From: Chlorobiota bacterium
GTDB taxonomy: Bacteria; Bacteroidota; Ignavibacteria; Kapaibacteriales; NICIL-2
Reading direction: 5' to 3'
Assembly: GCA_026416585.1 (NCBI GenBank)
Contig: JAOAEV010000025.1
Coordinates: 29,110 to 93,109 of the forward strand
DNA length: 64,000 nucleotides
The notes under the pieces: generated by a model
Databases searched by the model: none
Told to the model about the DNA's origin: nothing
What the model saw: the letters and a program-made list of their open reading frames with translations, nothing else
Position numbers and translations under genes: made by a program
Part shown: positions 19,216 to 28,827 of the stretch, one piece after another
Layout: each line of letters opens with the position of its first letter
Numbering within the stretch: the first letter of the stretch is position 1

Positions 19216-19281
19216 CGAACGTTCTTCTGCGTCGTCGGTAATTTGCGTAACATTTAGGATACTGTTTCATTGCTCGCTCGT

Positions 19282-20202
19282 ATGTCACTTCTCGACGTTG
19301 TTATCATCCACCACAACACGCTCGAATTGACCCATCGGTGCCTCGACTCGATTTACCAGACTCGATGGGAGGGTATTGCATCAGTTACGGTTGTTGACAA
19401 TGCTTCGACAGATGGTAGCCGCAAAGCCCTTGCTGCACGTTATCCCACAACTCGTTTCATACGGCTGGAGGAACCACATGGATACGCAGCAGCATGCAAC
19501 ATTGGCGCTCGATCTGGCTCTGCACCATTCGTTTTGCTATCGAATTCAGACGTCGAGTACACCCACGCATCTTTCGACAAGTGTGTCGCGCAGCTCCAAA
19601 GTGATCCGCGTATTGCGGTCTGCACACCGCGTCAGGTGTATCCTGATGGTCGTCCCCAACGCAGTTGGGGCTACTTTCCGGGCTGGCAGGAAATTATTGC
19701 TATTGCGTGCGGGATCGAAATGCTTCACAACCGTCGTGGGCACAGCCAGCACAGTGTGCGAGCAGTTCCATACTGTGATGGAGCAGCGCTCTTTTGTCGT
19801 CGTGACGCCTATGAGGCTATCGGCGGAATGGACGAGCGATTTGCATTTTTCTGCGAAGATGTTGATCTGTGCTATCGTTTCTGGATACATGGTTGGCACT
19901 GTCATTTTGTGCCGACAGCAACAATTGTTCACCATCGCGGTGCTACGCGACGCAGCGATGTAGCCAAGACACTTGCTTACGAAGCTGCGAACTTTCACGC
20001 AAAGCTCCGTTTTGTTAGCCACCATCAGCAGCGTGCCCGTGAGAGTGTACGACTCGGGTACATGGTTGTTTTCCGCTGGCGGAAATTGATACTACGCCTG
20101 CTTCGTGCTTTGGGGATACTTGAAGACACTGATGATGCCCGTCAGGCTGCTATCGAGCGCGGATTATTCACCACGGTAGCATCCACTAATGAACGCACCT
20201 GA
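19282..20202 (+). CDS. family 2 glycosyltransferase (rhamnosyltransferase-like)
   Basis: VVIIHHN...VVDNASTDGS and a CEDVDLC (DxD-like) motif. The ORF-track start 19270 is TTG; the first ATG is 19282. Confidence 0.85.
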   Translation: MSLLDVVIIHHNTLELTHRCLDSIYQTRWEGIASVTVVDNASTDGSRKALAARYPTTRFIRLEEPHGYAAACNIGARSGSAPFVLLSNSDVEYTHASFDKCVAQLQSDPRIAVCTPRQVYPDGRPQRSWGYFPGWQEIIAIACGIEMLHNRRGHSQHSVRAVPYCDGAALFCRRDAYEAIGGMDERFAFFCEDVDLCYRFWIHGWHCHFVPTATIVHHRGATRRSDVAKTLAYEAANFHAKLRFVSHHQQRARESVRLGYMVVFRWRKLILRLLRALGILEDTDDARQAAIERGLFTTVASTNERT

Positions 20203-21037
20203 AAGCATTTACCTTGTTGGCATCAACGCTATCGCCGAAGCCCTGCGCACTGGTGCACCAATCGAAAAGGTATACGTGCGGTATGGCAGCACACTTCCAC
20301 CACCGTTGCGCCGTTTGGTAGCAGAAGCAGACATCCAGCTCACGGAGCTATCACGCGAAAAATTTGATCGGCTCGTGCGACAAATCGGCGGCACTCGCCA
20401 TCATCCCACAGCGATCGCTCTTCGGCAGATGTATCGCACTGCTGAGCTGGATCAAGTGCTGACAATTCCTCAACACACCGGTTCGGGTTTAGTGGTGGTA
20501 TGCGATCGTGTGTCCGATCCGCACAATTTCGGGGCCATCGTGCGGACTGCCGTTGCTGGCGGTGCCGACGCCGTCATCACTAGTACGCACGACAGCGCAC
20601 CAATAACGCCTGTGACAATTGCTGCCGCGAGCGGAGCTTTCGAGCACATACCGATCGTCCGCACTGCATCACTTGTCGCTGCGCTCGATCGGGCGAAGCA
20701 TCATGGCTGGTGGATCATCGGCTCAAGCAGCGACGGTGAGCAACTCTACACTGACCGACTCTATGACCGTCCGGTCATGCTCGTCGTCGGTAGTGAAGGG
20801 AGCGGAATGCGTCGCAGCATTCAGCGTCTGTGTGATGTCGTCGTTCGTATTCCGCTCGATCCACGTATGGAGTCACTCAACGTTAGCGTTGCAACCGGTA
20901 TAATGCTCTTTGAGATTCGCCGGCAACGCACTAATGATGCGGGACTTCCACCGGCAGCAACATCAACACCGCTTCACGTCGCGACAGCCGCACAAGATCA
21001 AGCATCTGCCGGACCTGACGTTGCTGGCTTGGATTGA
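20189..21037 (+). CDS. rlmB: SpoU/TrmH-family 23S rRNA 2'-O-methyltransferase
   Basis: SpoU motifs DRVSDPHNFGAIVRTA, LVVGSEGSGM and IPLDPRMESLNVSVATGI. About 35 aa of low-complexity C-terminal tail overlaps the 3' end of sppA. Confidence 0.85.
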   Translation: MNAPESIYLVGINAIAEALRTGAPIEKVYVRYGSTLPPPLRRLVAEADIQLTELSREKFDRLVRQIGGTRHHPTAIALRQMYRTAELDQVLTIPQHTGSGLVVVCDRVSDPHNFGAIVRTAVAGGADAVITSTHDSAPITPVTIAAASGAFEHIPIVRTASLVAALDRAKHHGWWIIGSSSDGEQLYTDRLYDRPVMLVVGSEGSGMRRSIQRLCDVVVRIPLDPRMESLNVSVATGIMLFEIRRQRTNDAGLPPAATSTPLHVATAAQDQASAGPDVAGLD

Positions 21038-22805
21038 GAATCCTCGAAATAACTGTTTGCGTTTGTGCACCAATGATCGCATTCGACTCGTTGTCATCCT
21101 CCTCACCAGTAAAGCGCCGGATCATTTGCACGATGGCTTCTGAGAGGTCTTTCTGCTCAGGGAAAAATTTCAAGCGTGGTCGTTTATTGGGGACTACACC
21201 AATCCGACGCTTGGCAATCTCAATGGCATCAGCCAGCCCACAGACGACGTCAACCAAGCCGTGCTGTGCTGCAACATCACCCGTCCACACACGACCGTGT
21301 GCAACAGTGCGGATATCAGATACCGTTCGCTTCCGCCCGGCAGCCACGCGTTCTAAGAACCGCACGTATATGCTGTCGATCATGCTCTCGACAATTTGAC
21401 GATCACTTGTGCGGGCAGGCAAGAGGGGATTCATGAACGTAGCGTTTGGACTTGTAGTCACGGTGTCGAAGGTGACACCAATCGAGTTCATTGTGCGCGA
21501 GAAATTTGGAATCGCAGCGATGACACCAATTGAGCCAGTGATGGTTTCACTGGCTGCGATGATTGTGTCGCAAGCACTTGCGATGTAGTATCCCCCTGAG
21601 GCAGCTACATTGCTCATCGAGGCATAGACAGGCTTTTTTGTCCGAGCGCGTTGGATTTCATGCCAAATCTCCTCACTCGCCTGTGCGGAACCACCCGGGG
21701 ATTCAATACGGATGATGATTGCCTTGACTGTACTATCGTTAGCGGCTTTGCGTATGTCCTTGCATAGTGATACAGACGCAATTTCTTCGCCCTCACCACT
21801 GCTCTTTCCTGTACGAATCGTACCTACTGCTGAAACGATCGCAATAGTGTGTGATTCATCCAAGCTGCTGCTCGTCTGTGCGCGGGCATAGCGTGCATAG
21901 GCACTTGGACGCAGCGTCCGTAGTTTTTTCGTCGTATCGTTACCAAAAGTTTTTCGGCAGAGGAAGTCCTCGAATTGAATGTCGGTCATCAGGGCGTCAG
22001 CTAACTTGTTGCGGAGGAAGTCTTCCGAACGGTAGACACCGGCAAAGAGGAGCCGTTCGACTGTCGATTGTGGGATCTGTCGTGCATTGGCCACTGCTTC
22101 GACAAAGAGCCGATAACGTTGGTTGAGCACGTCGAGGATTTCTTGTCGGGCTGGCTCGCTAAATCGTGTGCGACTGAACTGTTCCCCAGCAGACTTGTAC
22201 TCTTCGCGCTGAATTACTGTCCACGTGATGCCGAGCTTATCGCTAATGTTCTTGAAAAATGGAATTGCTCCACCGAATCCGTTGAATTCGACCATTGCCA
22301 GCGGTGCAAGAAAGATCGAGTCAGCAACCGACGCGATGTAGTAATCGGCTTCATTACCTCCATCGAGAAATGCATAAATCCACTTGCCAGACTTTTTGAA
22401 CTGAAGCAGCTCACGGCGCAATTCACTTGCTTGTGCCATTCCTAAGCCGCGCGCATTCCGAAGCACGATACCATCCACTTTGTTATCGCTGGCTGCATAG
22501 CGAATCGCCGTGATTGCATCAAGCATGCTTGGACGAGATACTCCACTCAGTGGCGGCGCATACTGGTATTCTCGAACCCCCGACGATAGATTCAGCACCA
22601 AAATCGAGTGCTCGCGAACGCTCGGTGTTTCGTTACCATCCACTGAAAATGAACCGGCCGAGGCTATTCCAAAGATGATCAGCCCAATCAACAGCGCAAT
22701 GCCGAGAACCATACCACCGAGTACCGCAACAATAATCACAAGCGGTATCCACCACCGCGAGCGTTGCCGTTGCGGTGGGAGTGGAACAGACATTGAATTT
22801 GCCAT
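20931..22805 (-). CDS. sppA: signal peptide peptidase SppA, 67K type
   Basis: Two tandem S49 domains. Start moved to ATG 22805 (MANSMSVPL...) because a -7 box lies at 22839-22846, inside the longer ORF. Confidence 0.88.
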   Translation of the reverse strand: MANSMSVPLPPQRQRSRWWIPLVIIVAVLGGMVLGIALLIGLIIFGIASAGSFSVDGNETPSVREHSILVLNLSSGVREYQYAPPLSGVSRPSMLDAITAIRYAASDNKVDGIVLRNARGLGMAQASELRRELLQFKKSGKWIYAFLDGGNEADYYIASVADSIFLAPLAMVEFNGFGGAIPFFKNISDKLGITWTVIQREEYKSAGEQFSRTRFSEPARQEILDVLNQRYRLFVEAVANARQIPQSTVERLLFAGVYRSEDFLRNKLADALMTDIQFEDFLCRKTFGNDTTKKLRTLRPSAYARYARAQTSSSLDESHTIAIVSAVGTIRTGKSSGEGEEIASVSLCKDIRKAANDSTVKAIIIRIESPGGSAQASEEIWHEIQRARTKKPVYASMSNVAASGGYYIASACDTIIAASETITGSIGVIAAIPNFSRTMNSIGVTFDTVTTSPNATFMNPLLPARTSDRQIVESMIDSIYVRFLERVAAGRKRTVSDIRTVAHGRVWTGDVAAQHGLVDVVCGLADAIEIAKRRIGVVPNKRPRLKFFPEQKDLSEAIVQMIRRFTGEEDDNESNAIIGAQTQTVISRILNPSQQRQVRQMLDLVRLSRREAVLMLLPVEVPHH

Positions 22806-22838
22806 GGAAGATTGCCGATGATGTTTCACAATCGCGCG

Positions 22839-22846
22839 CAAATGTA
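22839..22846 (-). promoter_or_regulatory. -7 box (TACATTTG) for sppA
   Basis: Plus strand reads caaatgta, 34 nt upstream of ATG 22805. Confidence 0.4.
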
Positions 22847-22887
22847 CGTCTATCTTCCCTACTTGTTTCACTGTTGCATGCTATTCG

Positions 22888-24132
22888 GTGACCGATTCAA
22901 TAATACCGCATATCGAAACAGCGCTCTATGACTACGAGTTACCCCCTGAACGCATCGCCCAGCAGCCTCTTCCCCAACGCGATGAGAGCAGGCTACTCAT
23001 TGCCGATCAGCGAAATGGCACGATCCAGCATTATCGGTTCTACGAGCTACCCTCACTTCTGCCAGACGGAGCGTACCTGGTGCGCAATACCACACGTGTT
23101 ATTCCAGCACGCATCTTTGCGCGCAAAGCGAGCGGTGGCAGTGTCGAAGTGCTATTAGTCGAGCCTGCCGATGGTTCGCCACCAGAGCAAACATTAGGTC
23201 ATGCGAAAAGCCAGTGGATATGTTTGATCAGGGGACGAAACATTCGTCCGAATACAGAGCTGGTCGCTGAGTGGATGAACTCTGGCATTCGTGTACGAAT
23301 ACTCGACCGTGACGGCATGTTTGCTCGCGTTGCCATTGAATGCTTCCCAGAAACAACAACGCTGGCTGAGCAACTTGCCCACGCGGGACGGATGCCACTA
23401 CCACCATACATCCGTCGCACGCCAAGCTCCGACGATAGTGAACGCTACCAAACCATTTACGCCCGCACCGCTGGCTCAGTTGCTGCGCCCACGGCAGGCC
23501 TTCATTTTACGGAGCGGGTATTGACCGAACTTGAACGCCGCGGTATTGACATTCTCGATGTGGTTTTGCATGTCGGACCAGGAACGTTTCAACCCCTTCG
23601 TGCCGACGATGCATGGCAACACACGATGCACGCCGAGCGCATCCGTGTCGAACGTGATACGATTGCCACACTTGCTACGTTGACCGCTACTCCCAACCGC
23701 AGCTGTTTTTGTATTGGTACAACATCGGTGCGAACCATCGAGACGCTCTACTGGCTCGGCGTAAAAGTGCACTCCAACCGTCAAGCAGATCCCACAATCC
23801 TAAGGCAACACGAGCCCTACTGTGCCACGCCACCGCCACAGGTAGATGCCCCAACTGCGCTCAAGTCGCTCGTTGGCTGGCTCGACGATCGGAGACAAAA
23901 AACTCTCGAAGCATCTACGCAGTTGTACATTGTCCCAGGCTACCGCTATCGAATCGCGGATGGTATGATCACAAACTTTCATCAGCCACGCAGCACGCTC
24001 TTGTTACTTGTAGCAGCGTTTGTCGGTGACTGGTGGCGTACCATTTACGATGAGGCACTTGCCCGTGGCTATCGCTTCCTCAGTTACGGCGACGCCTCTC
24101 TGCTGATCGGTGCGCATGATTCCCGCAGTTAG
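22888..24132 (+). CDS. queA: S-adenosylmethionine:tRNA ribosyltransferase-isomerase
   Basis: YDYELPPERIAQ, TRVIPARI, GSVAAPTAGLHFT and NFHQPRSTLL motifs. GTG start. Confidence 0.92.
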   Translation: MTDSIIPHIETALYDYELPPERIAQQPLPQRDESRLLIADQRNGTIQHYRFYELPSLLPDGAYLVRNTTRVIPARIFARKASGGSVEVLLVEPADGSPPEQTLGHAKSQWICLIRGRNIRPNTELVAEWMNSGIRVRILDRDGMFARVAIECFPETTTLAEQLAHAGRMPLPPYIRRTPSSDDSERYQTIYARTAGSVAAPTAGLHFTERVLTELERRGIDILDVVLHVGPGTFQPLRADDAWQHTMHAERIRVERDTIATLATLTATPNRSCFCIGTTSVRTIETLYWLGVKVHSNRQADPTILRQHEPYCATPPPQVDAPTALKSLVGWLDDRRQKTLEASTQLYIVPGYRYRIADGMITNFHQPRSTLLLLVAAFVGDWWRTIYDEALARGYRFLSYGDASLLIGAHDSRS

Positions 24133-25044
24133 TTACTGCCGTAACCGACGATACAGAAGAAACTGTGGTTGTACGGTAATATCGCGAATCCAAGCAGGTG
24201 CATTGACGACTGGAGTGATCATCTCTGCTCCGCTCGCAAGCTGCGTTCGCAGGACTCTGACAGTGATGGGAATCTCCGCCTGCTCGAGAAGTCGCTCGAT
24301 GTCTTCTAAGCCGCCACGAATCGTAACGGTCACGTGCGATGGTATAAGCTCCTTGGTTGTTGCCGGCCCCGGCTCGAGCACAACAGGCACATCGTAATAC
24401 GTAGCTTCAGCAATTTGCTGCACGACAGCCTTGACCAAGACACGCTCAGGGAGTACACGGAGAATCGGAGAACGCTCAAGCTCGACCAGCTCTACAATGC
24501 TTCGATGTACATTCTGGCGAACTAACGATTGAGTTTGCCAACCTCGAATCGTATCGAGCACACTTCGCGATCCGATTAGGAGTACCGAATCAGGTACAAG
24601 AACAAGTGGACGCGATACGAGATAACCATCAGCTGTAGCGAAATGGATGTCAGGCGAGATGGGAACTTTTTTCTGTGAAACACTGCTGAGCCGGTACTCG
24701 ATACTCTGTGGCTCAATTCCTATCAGACGCAACTGTGCGGGTGAACGGAATCCCGATCGCAGATCAGATTCCGTCAACTGACCCTGTCGTTGTCGTGAAG
24801 TAACCTCAACAGTGATCCTCATCGAACGATCCAGGTACAGCGCATTGAGAAGATTCCATCCACTCCCGCGGAGCCGAACATCCAGTTGACCGGGTAAGGG
24901 TGAGTCGAGCCACTGATCCGACGGAACACGAACCTGCAACTCAACCGGTACAGTCACTTCATACTCACCCTGCAGTGTGATATACAGCCAGAGCATCACG
25001 CTCAGCACAAACGAGAATACTGCTGTACGGATCGATAACCGCAT
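24133..25044 (-). CDS. YbbR-like domain protein
   Basis: N-terminal TM segment followed by repeated beta-rich YbbR-like modules. This call rests on overall pattern only. Confidence 0.55.
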   Translation of the reverse strand: MRLSIRTAVFSFVLSVMLWLYITLQGEYEVTVPVELQVRVPSDQWLDSPLPGQLDVRLRGSGWNLLNALYLDRSMRITVEVTSRQRQGQLTESDLRSGFRSPAQLRLIGIEPQSIEYRLSSVSQKKVPISPDIHFATADGYLVSRPLVLVPDSVLLIGSRSVLDTIRGWQTQSLVRQNVHRSIVELVELERSPILRVLPERVLVKAVVQQIAEATYYDVPVVLEPGPATTKELIPSHVTVTIRGGLEDIERLLEQAEIPITVRVLRTQLASGAEMITPVVNAPAWIRDITVQPQFLLYRRLRQ

Positions 25045-25046
25045 CG

Positions 25047-25943
25047 CTACCGGACACGATGACGTCGAACTAAATATTCTCGGAGAAGCCGATCGAACGG
25101 CTGATCAGTAACTGCTTGCATGTAGTCGATATTCGCAGCATAGCAAATTGCCTTGATCTGTTCGATAAACTCCTCGACGGCAGCGGTGTATGCTGCACGC
25201 AATTGCAGTGGCTGCGTGATCATTTCTTCACCGGTTTCCATATCACGGAATGTTGCTGCAAGACCGAAGCGGAAGTCCAGCTCACGGCGATCGAGAATGT
25301 GAATGGCGATGACCTCGTGCCGATCGTGACGGAAATGCTTTAGGCTCGTGGCAACCTGCTCGATGTCATCGAAAAAATCACTCATGACAATGACCAAGCT
25401 GCGCCGATTCAAACGCTCAGCAAGGAGTTCGAGCGAACGTGCAGTGTCTGTTTTCTGGGATGGTTGAGCACGATCAAGTGCAGCCAGAAGTTCGCCGATA
25501 TACGACCGACGTGCTCGCGGAGGAAAATACTGCGCCAAGGTGTCGTCATAGAGAGCCAACCCTACAGCATCTTTTTGCAACATCGCTAAGTACGCAAGCG
25601 CCGCTGCCAGATACGTTGCATATGTGAATTTGCTGATCATACCATCAGAAGCATATGCCATCGAAGCGCTTTGGTCCACTGCAATGACTGCCCGAAGATT
25701 AGTCTCCTCCTCAAATTGCTTGACGTAGTACCGATCAGTGCGTCCGAGCACTTTCCAGTCGAGATAGCGCAAATCATCGCCGGGATGATAGGCGCGGTGC
25801 TCGGAAAATTCTGCACTAAAGCCATGAAACGGTGAACGATGCATACCTGTCAAAAATCCCTCGACGATAAGTCTGGCACGCAGCTCCATCGTTGCTATCT
25901 GCGATACGACACGGGGGTCAAGGTACTTCGCTACAATATCCAT
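25047..25943 (-). CDS. DUF58 domain protein (vWA-like, MoxR-associated family)
   Basis: GMHRSPFHGFSAEFSEHRAYHPGDDLRYLDWKV is the DUF58 signature. The first ATG is 25943 (the longer ORF starts at a TTG) and has a -7 box 25 nt upstream. Confidence 0.85.
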   Translation of the reverse strand: MDIVAKYLDPRVVSQIATMELRARLIVEGFLTGMHRSPFHGFSAEFSEHRAYHPGDDLRYLDWKVLGRTDRYYVKQFEEETNLRAVIAVDQSASMAYASDGMISKFTYATYLAAALAYLAMLQKDAVGLALYDDTLAQYFPPRARRSYIGELLAALDRAQPSQKTDTARSLELLAERLNRRSLVIVMSDFFDDIEQVATSLKHFRHDRHEVIAIHILDRRELDFRFGLAATFRDMETGEEMITQPLQLRAAYTAAVEEFIEQIKAICYAANIDYMQAVTDQPFDRLLREYLVRRHRVR

Positions 25944-26649
25944 GGCGGTATCTCGTAGTAGGCGCTGCAAAGATAGCCACCACTGTCATTGCGCCGACGT
26001 GGAAATCGATTCGTTGTCCCATAGTTTTGATGTCAACTCGCCACAGTACTGGTCTGAGCGGTACCGCACTGGAAATACACAATGGGATTTAGGCACCGAA
26101 ACACCAGTATTCACTGCCCTCGTTGAGCAAATTGACTTCCCCAAGCCGAGCACCAATAGCCGCTTGCGTGTACTTGTGCCAGGCTGTGGATACGGACACG
26201 ACGCATTGATGATGGCTCGACGTGGCTACGAGGTGACCGCTGTTGATTTTGCACCCGAACCACTTGAATATCTTCGCCAAACATCGCATATCGCTGGGGT
26301 AGAGATCGAAACAGTATGTTCGGATATCTTCATGCTTCCTGAACGCTATGCCGAGACGTTCGATATTGTGCTCGAGTATACCTGTTTCTGTGCAATTGCC
26401 CCGTCGCGCCGTGCGGAGTATGCCAACGTCCTCGCACAAGTTCTCAAGCCAAACGGACTGTTAGCAGGGCTATTTTTCCCACTCGACGAGCTGCAGCGAC
26501 ACGAGCCTCCGTTTACGGTTAGCGAAAACGAGGTTCGCGAGCACTTTGAACAAGCTGGATTTGTGCTTATCAGTAGCAAGGTTCCTTTGGAATCTCATCC
26601 AGCACGTGCGGGGCGTGAGCGCTTGATGATTTTCCGCAAACCACTGTAA
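25942..26649 (+). CDS. SAM-dependent methyltransferase, thiopurine S-methyltransferase-like (start uncertain)
   Basis: WSERYRTGNTQWDL followed by the VLVPGCGYGHDA SAM motif. ATG 25942 overlaps the divergent DUF58 start, so GTG 25999 is an alternative start. Confidence 0.75.
   Translation: MAVSRSRRCKDSHHCHCADVEIDSLSHSFDVNSPQYWSERYRTGNTQWDLGTETPVFTALVEQIDFPKPSTNSRLRVLVPGCGYGHDALMMARRGYEVTAVDFAPEPLEYLRQTSHIAGVEIETVCSDIFMLPERYAETFDIVLEYTCFCAIAPSRRAEYANVLAQVLKPNGLLAGLFFPLDELQRHEPPFTVSENEVREHFEQAGFVLISSKVPLESHPARAGRERLMIFRKPL
25968..25975 (-). promoter_or_regulatory. -7 box (TATCTTTG) for the DUF58 gene
   Basis: Plus strand reads caaagata, 25 nt upstream of ATG 25943. Confidence 0.4.
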
Positions 26650-26660
26650 ACCCAACGCAG

Positions 26661-27074
26661 ATGGACGTTACACTCGAGCTGGTATCCAATTTCCACTTTC
26701 ACGCCAGCACAGGCAGTCGCATCGAATTCGACGTGGATGCACACACTACAACCCCACACGGTCCATCGCCGATGCAACTACTCTTGGCGTCTGTGCCTGC
26801 CTGCGCAGCAATGGATATTGTCAGCATTCTGCGTAAGCAACGTGTGGGGATCGCTGCATTTACAGCAACGGCACATGGCGAGCGCGCTGCTGAACATCCC
26901 CGCGTCTTTACGACCATTCATCTTCATTTTGTGCTCGTTAGCGCCGATGCGACCGAGCAGCAACTACGGCGCGCTATCGAGCTATCCGAACAGAAGTATT
27001 GCAGTGCGTGGGCAACTCTTCGTGCCAGCGGCTGCACTATTACATGGTCTTCAGAACTTCATAGACCCAAGTAA
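26661..27074 (+). CDS. OsmC/Ohr family peroxiredoxin-like protein
   Basis: 137 aa with two conserved Cys contexts (SVPACAAMDI and QKYCSAWATL). Confidence 0.8.
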   Translation: MDVTLELVSNFHFHASTGSRIEFDVDAHTTTPHGPSPMQLLLASVPACAAMDIVSILRKQRVGIAAFTATAHGERAAEHPRVFTTIHLHFVLVSADATEQQLRRAIELSEQKYCSAWATLRASGCTITWSSELHRPK

Positions 27075-27095
27075 TCACAATTGCCACGAATCCAT

Positions 27096-27743
27096 ATGGC
27101 ACTGCTTGTTTTGCTTCGTCACGGTCAGTCTGAATGGAATAAGGAAAACCGTTTCACCGGATGGATTGATGTTGACCTCTCTGAGCGCGGCATCGAAGAA
27201 GCACGAGCTGCAGGAGAAGCACTCCGCGTTGTACCGATCGACGTTGTGTTCACCTCTGCATTGCGCCGTGCAAAGCGTACCGCGACGATTGCACTGGACG
27301 TTGCCGGAAAGACCGATGTTCCGATCATTGAGGACCAAGCGCTCAACGAGCGCCACTATGGCGATTTGCAGGGCATGAACAAGGAAGAGGTCGCTCGTCG
27401 CTTCGGTGAAGCACAGTTCACGCTCTGGCGCCGCAGCTACGATGTGCCGCCACCTAATGGCGAATCACTCAAAATGACACAAGAGCGTGTGATCCCCTAC
27501 TTCAACCAAAACATTCTCCCTCGTTTACGTGAAGGGAAAAACGTTCTCATTGTCGCACATGGAAACTCGCTTCGTGCCCTCGTTATGGTGCTGGAGGGTC
27601 TCTCCCCAGAACAAATCGTAACAACTGAAATACCAACAGGCGTGCTCTTCGGCTACGAGATCGCATCGGACGGTAGTGTCCGTGCAAAATTCGACGACAT
27701 CCGGCAGTATGCTGCCAATGCGACAAATCAAGCTACTGCTTAG
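27096..27743 (+). CDS. gpmA: 2,3-bisphosphoglycerate-dependent phosphoglycerate mutase
   Basis: LLRHGQSEWNKENRFTGW and VAHGNSLRAL motifs. The first ATG is 27096; the ORF-track start is TTG. Confidence 0.93.
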   Translation: MALLVLLRHGQSEWNKENRFTGWIDVDLSERGIEEARAAGEALRVVPIDVVFTSALRRAKRTATIALDVAGKTDVPIIEDQALNERHYGDLQGMNKEEVARRFGEAQFTLWRRSYDVPPPNGESLKMTQERVIPYFNQNILPRLREGKNVLIVAHGNSLRALVMVLEGLSPEQIVTTEIPTGVLFGYEIASDGSVRAKFDDIRQYAANATNQATA

Positions 27744-28702
27744 CGCAGAACATCGACTGTTCCAATCCAGCGCTTGGAGCCGGTGCGGATAACGAGCGTG
27801 TACGAACCAGCAGGAAGCTGACCAACAGGCACGAGTGCTGTATTCGACTCCGGCAGTGGCATTCCAAGAACGCGACGCCCCACCACATCATACAGCGCAG
27901 CTTCCGCATCCCCACTGAGCAACAATGCAGAATGAATGGTGACAACATCAGTAGTGGGATTGGGCGCTACGATGATCGTTTGTTGCTCCGTCTCGCCATC
28001 AAGAAGGCGAATACTGCTGCGCTGTTCGACGGCAGAGTGCAGTGGTACCGGTGGAACAATAGAAAATCTCTGTACCGGTGACCACTCGCTGCGCTGGGAA
28101 CCACGGCAGGCAGTAACGCGCCAATAGTAATCGCCTCGCGGAGTAGGTTGAGTAACATCAATCCATGGTTCGACTGTTGTGTATTCGACTGCGTTCTCGA
28201 AACGACCATTCGTAGCAATCTCGACACGATAGAGTGTTGCGCCAATACATGGCGTCCAACTGAAGCGAATGCTTTCGGTGTATGCCAGCGTTGCTCCCTC
28301 GGCAGGAATGAGCTGACGCGGCTGTTCGATAGTCCATTCGACCGTGCTTAGGCGAACGGGGACACTCCACGCACTCTGCGCGGCATCATTCAATGTTTGC
28401 ACTCTCCACCAGTACGATTTTCCTGCTTCCAATCCCGCAACGGTTGCACGCACCCAGGTTTTGCTCTGCAGTATAAGCGCATCGGTGCGTATCGTCGAAA
28501 AATCACGTTGTTCGGAAATCTGGAAGCGGTAGTAGCGTGCACCGGGGATAGATTCCCATCGCAGCGTCGCGCTCTGTTCGTCGTTGTAGGAAGCAATAAG
28601 CTGCTGTGGAGGATGAAGCGCTGTTATGTTTGATCCTACGCCACCGAATGTTGCACATGCAGTAGCGACCATCAACCAGAAAATGCGACGGATTGCACAC
28701 AT
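27740..28702 (-). CDS. secreted FN3-repeat protein with T9SS C-terminal sorting domain
   Basis: Signal peptide, then three FN3-like repeats (LRWESIPGARYYRFQI; FSWTPCIGATLYRVEI). The C-terminus reads VAPNPTTDVVTI...LYDVVGRRV...LPAGSYTLVI. Confidence 0.8.
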   Translation of the reverse strand: MCAIRRIFWLMVATACATFGGVGSNITALHPPQQLIASYNDEQSATLRWESIPGARYYRFQISEQRDFSTIRTDALILQSKTWVRATVAGLEAGKSYWWRVQTLNDAAQSAWSVPVRLSTVEWTIEQPRQLIPAEGATLAYTESIRFSWTPCIGATLYRVEIATNGRFENAVEYTTVEPWIDVTQPTPRGDYYWRVTACRGSQRSEWSPVQRFSIVPPVPLHSAVEQRSSIRLLDGETEQQTIIVAPNPTTDVVTIHSALLLSGDAEAALYDVVGRRVLGMPLPESNTALVPVGQLPAGSYTLVIRTGSKRWIGTVDVLR

Positions 28703-28827
28703 GGCTGCTACTCGAATTCGTGAATAACATATCCATCCTCCCTGATCATTGTTGCCGCGTGCAATCCCTGCGTGCGGTTACTGCGTAATTTTTCGGTGTG
28801 TACCGAAAAAACTTGAACACTCATCAC

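Noticed and set aside
25047-25943. DUF58 gene lacking the usual MoxR ATPase and BatA-E partners.
   Set aside because: Only gene absence within this window is observed, and the partners may be elsewhere in the genome. Pairing with a YbbR-like gene is weak evidence for any new system.
25941-25944. CATG where the divergent DUF58 and methyltransferase ATG codons overlap, possibly a shared regulatory palindrome.
   Set aside because: It is more likely that the methyltransferase start is mis-assigned (alternative GTG 25999). A 4-bp palindrome carries no information.
26022-26029. Perfect TAnnTTTG box (TAGTTTTG) inside the 5' part of the methyltransferase ORF.
   Set aside because: No in-frame start codon lies downstream of it before the conserved WSERY...WD and SAM-binding motifs. 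About 30 chance occurrences are expected in 128 kb of two-strand sequence, so this one is treated as chance.
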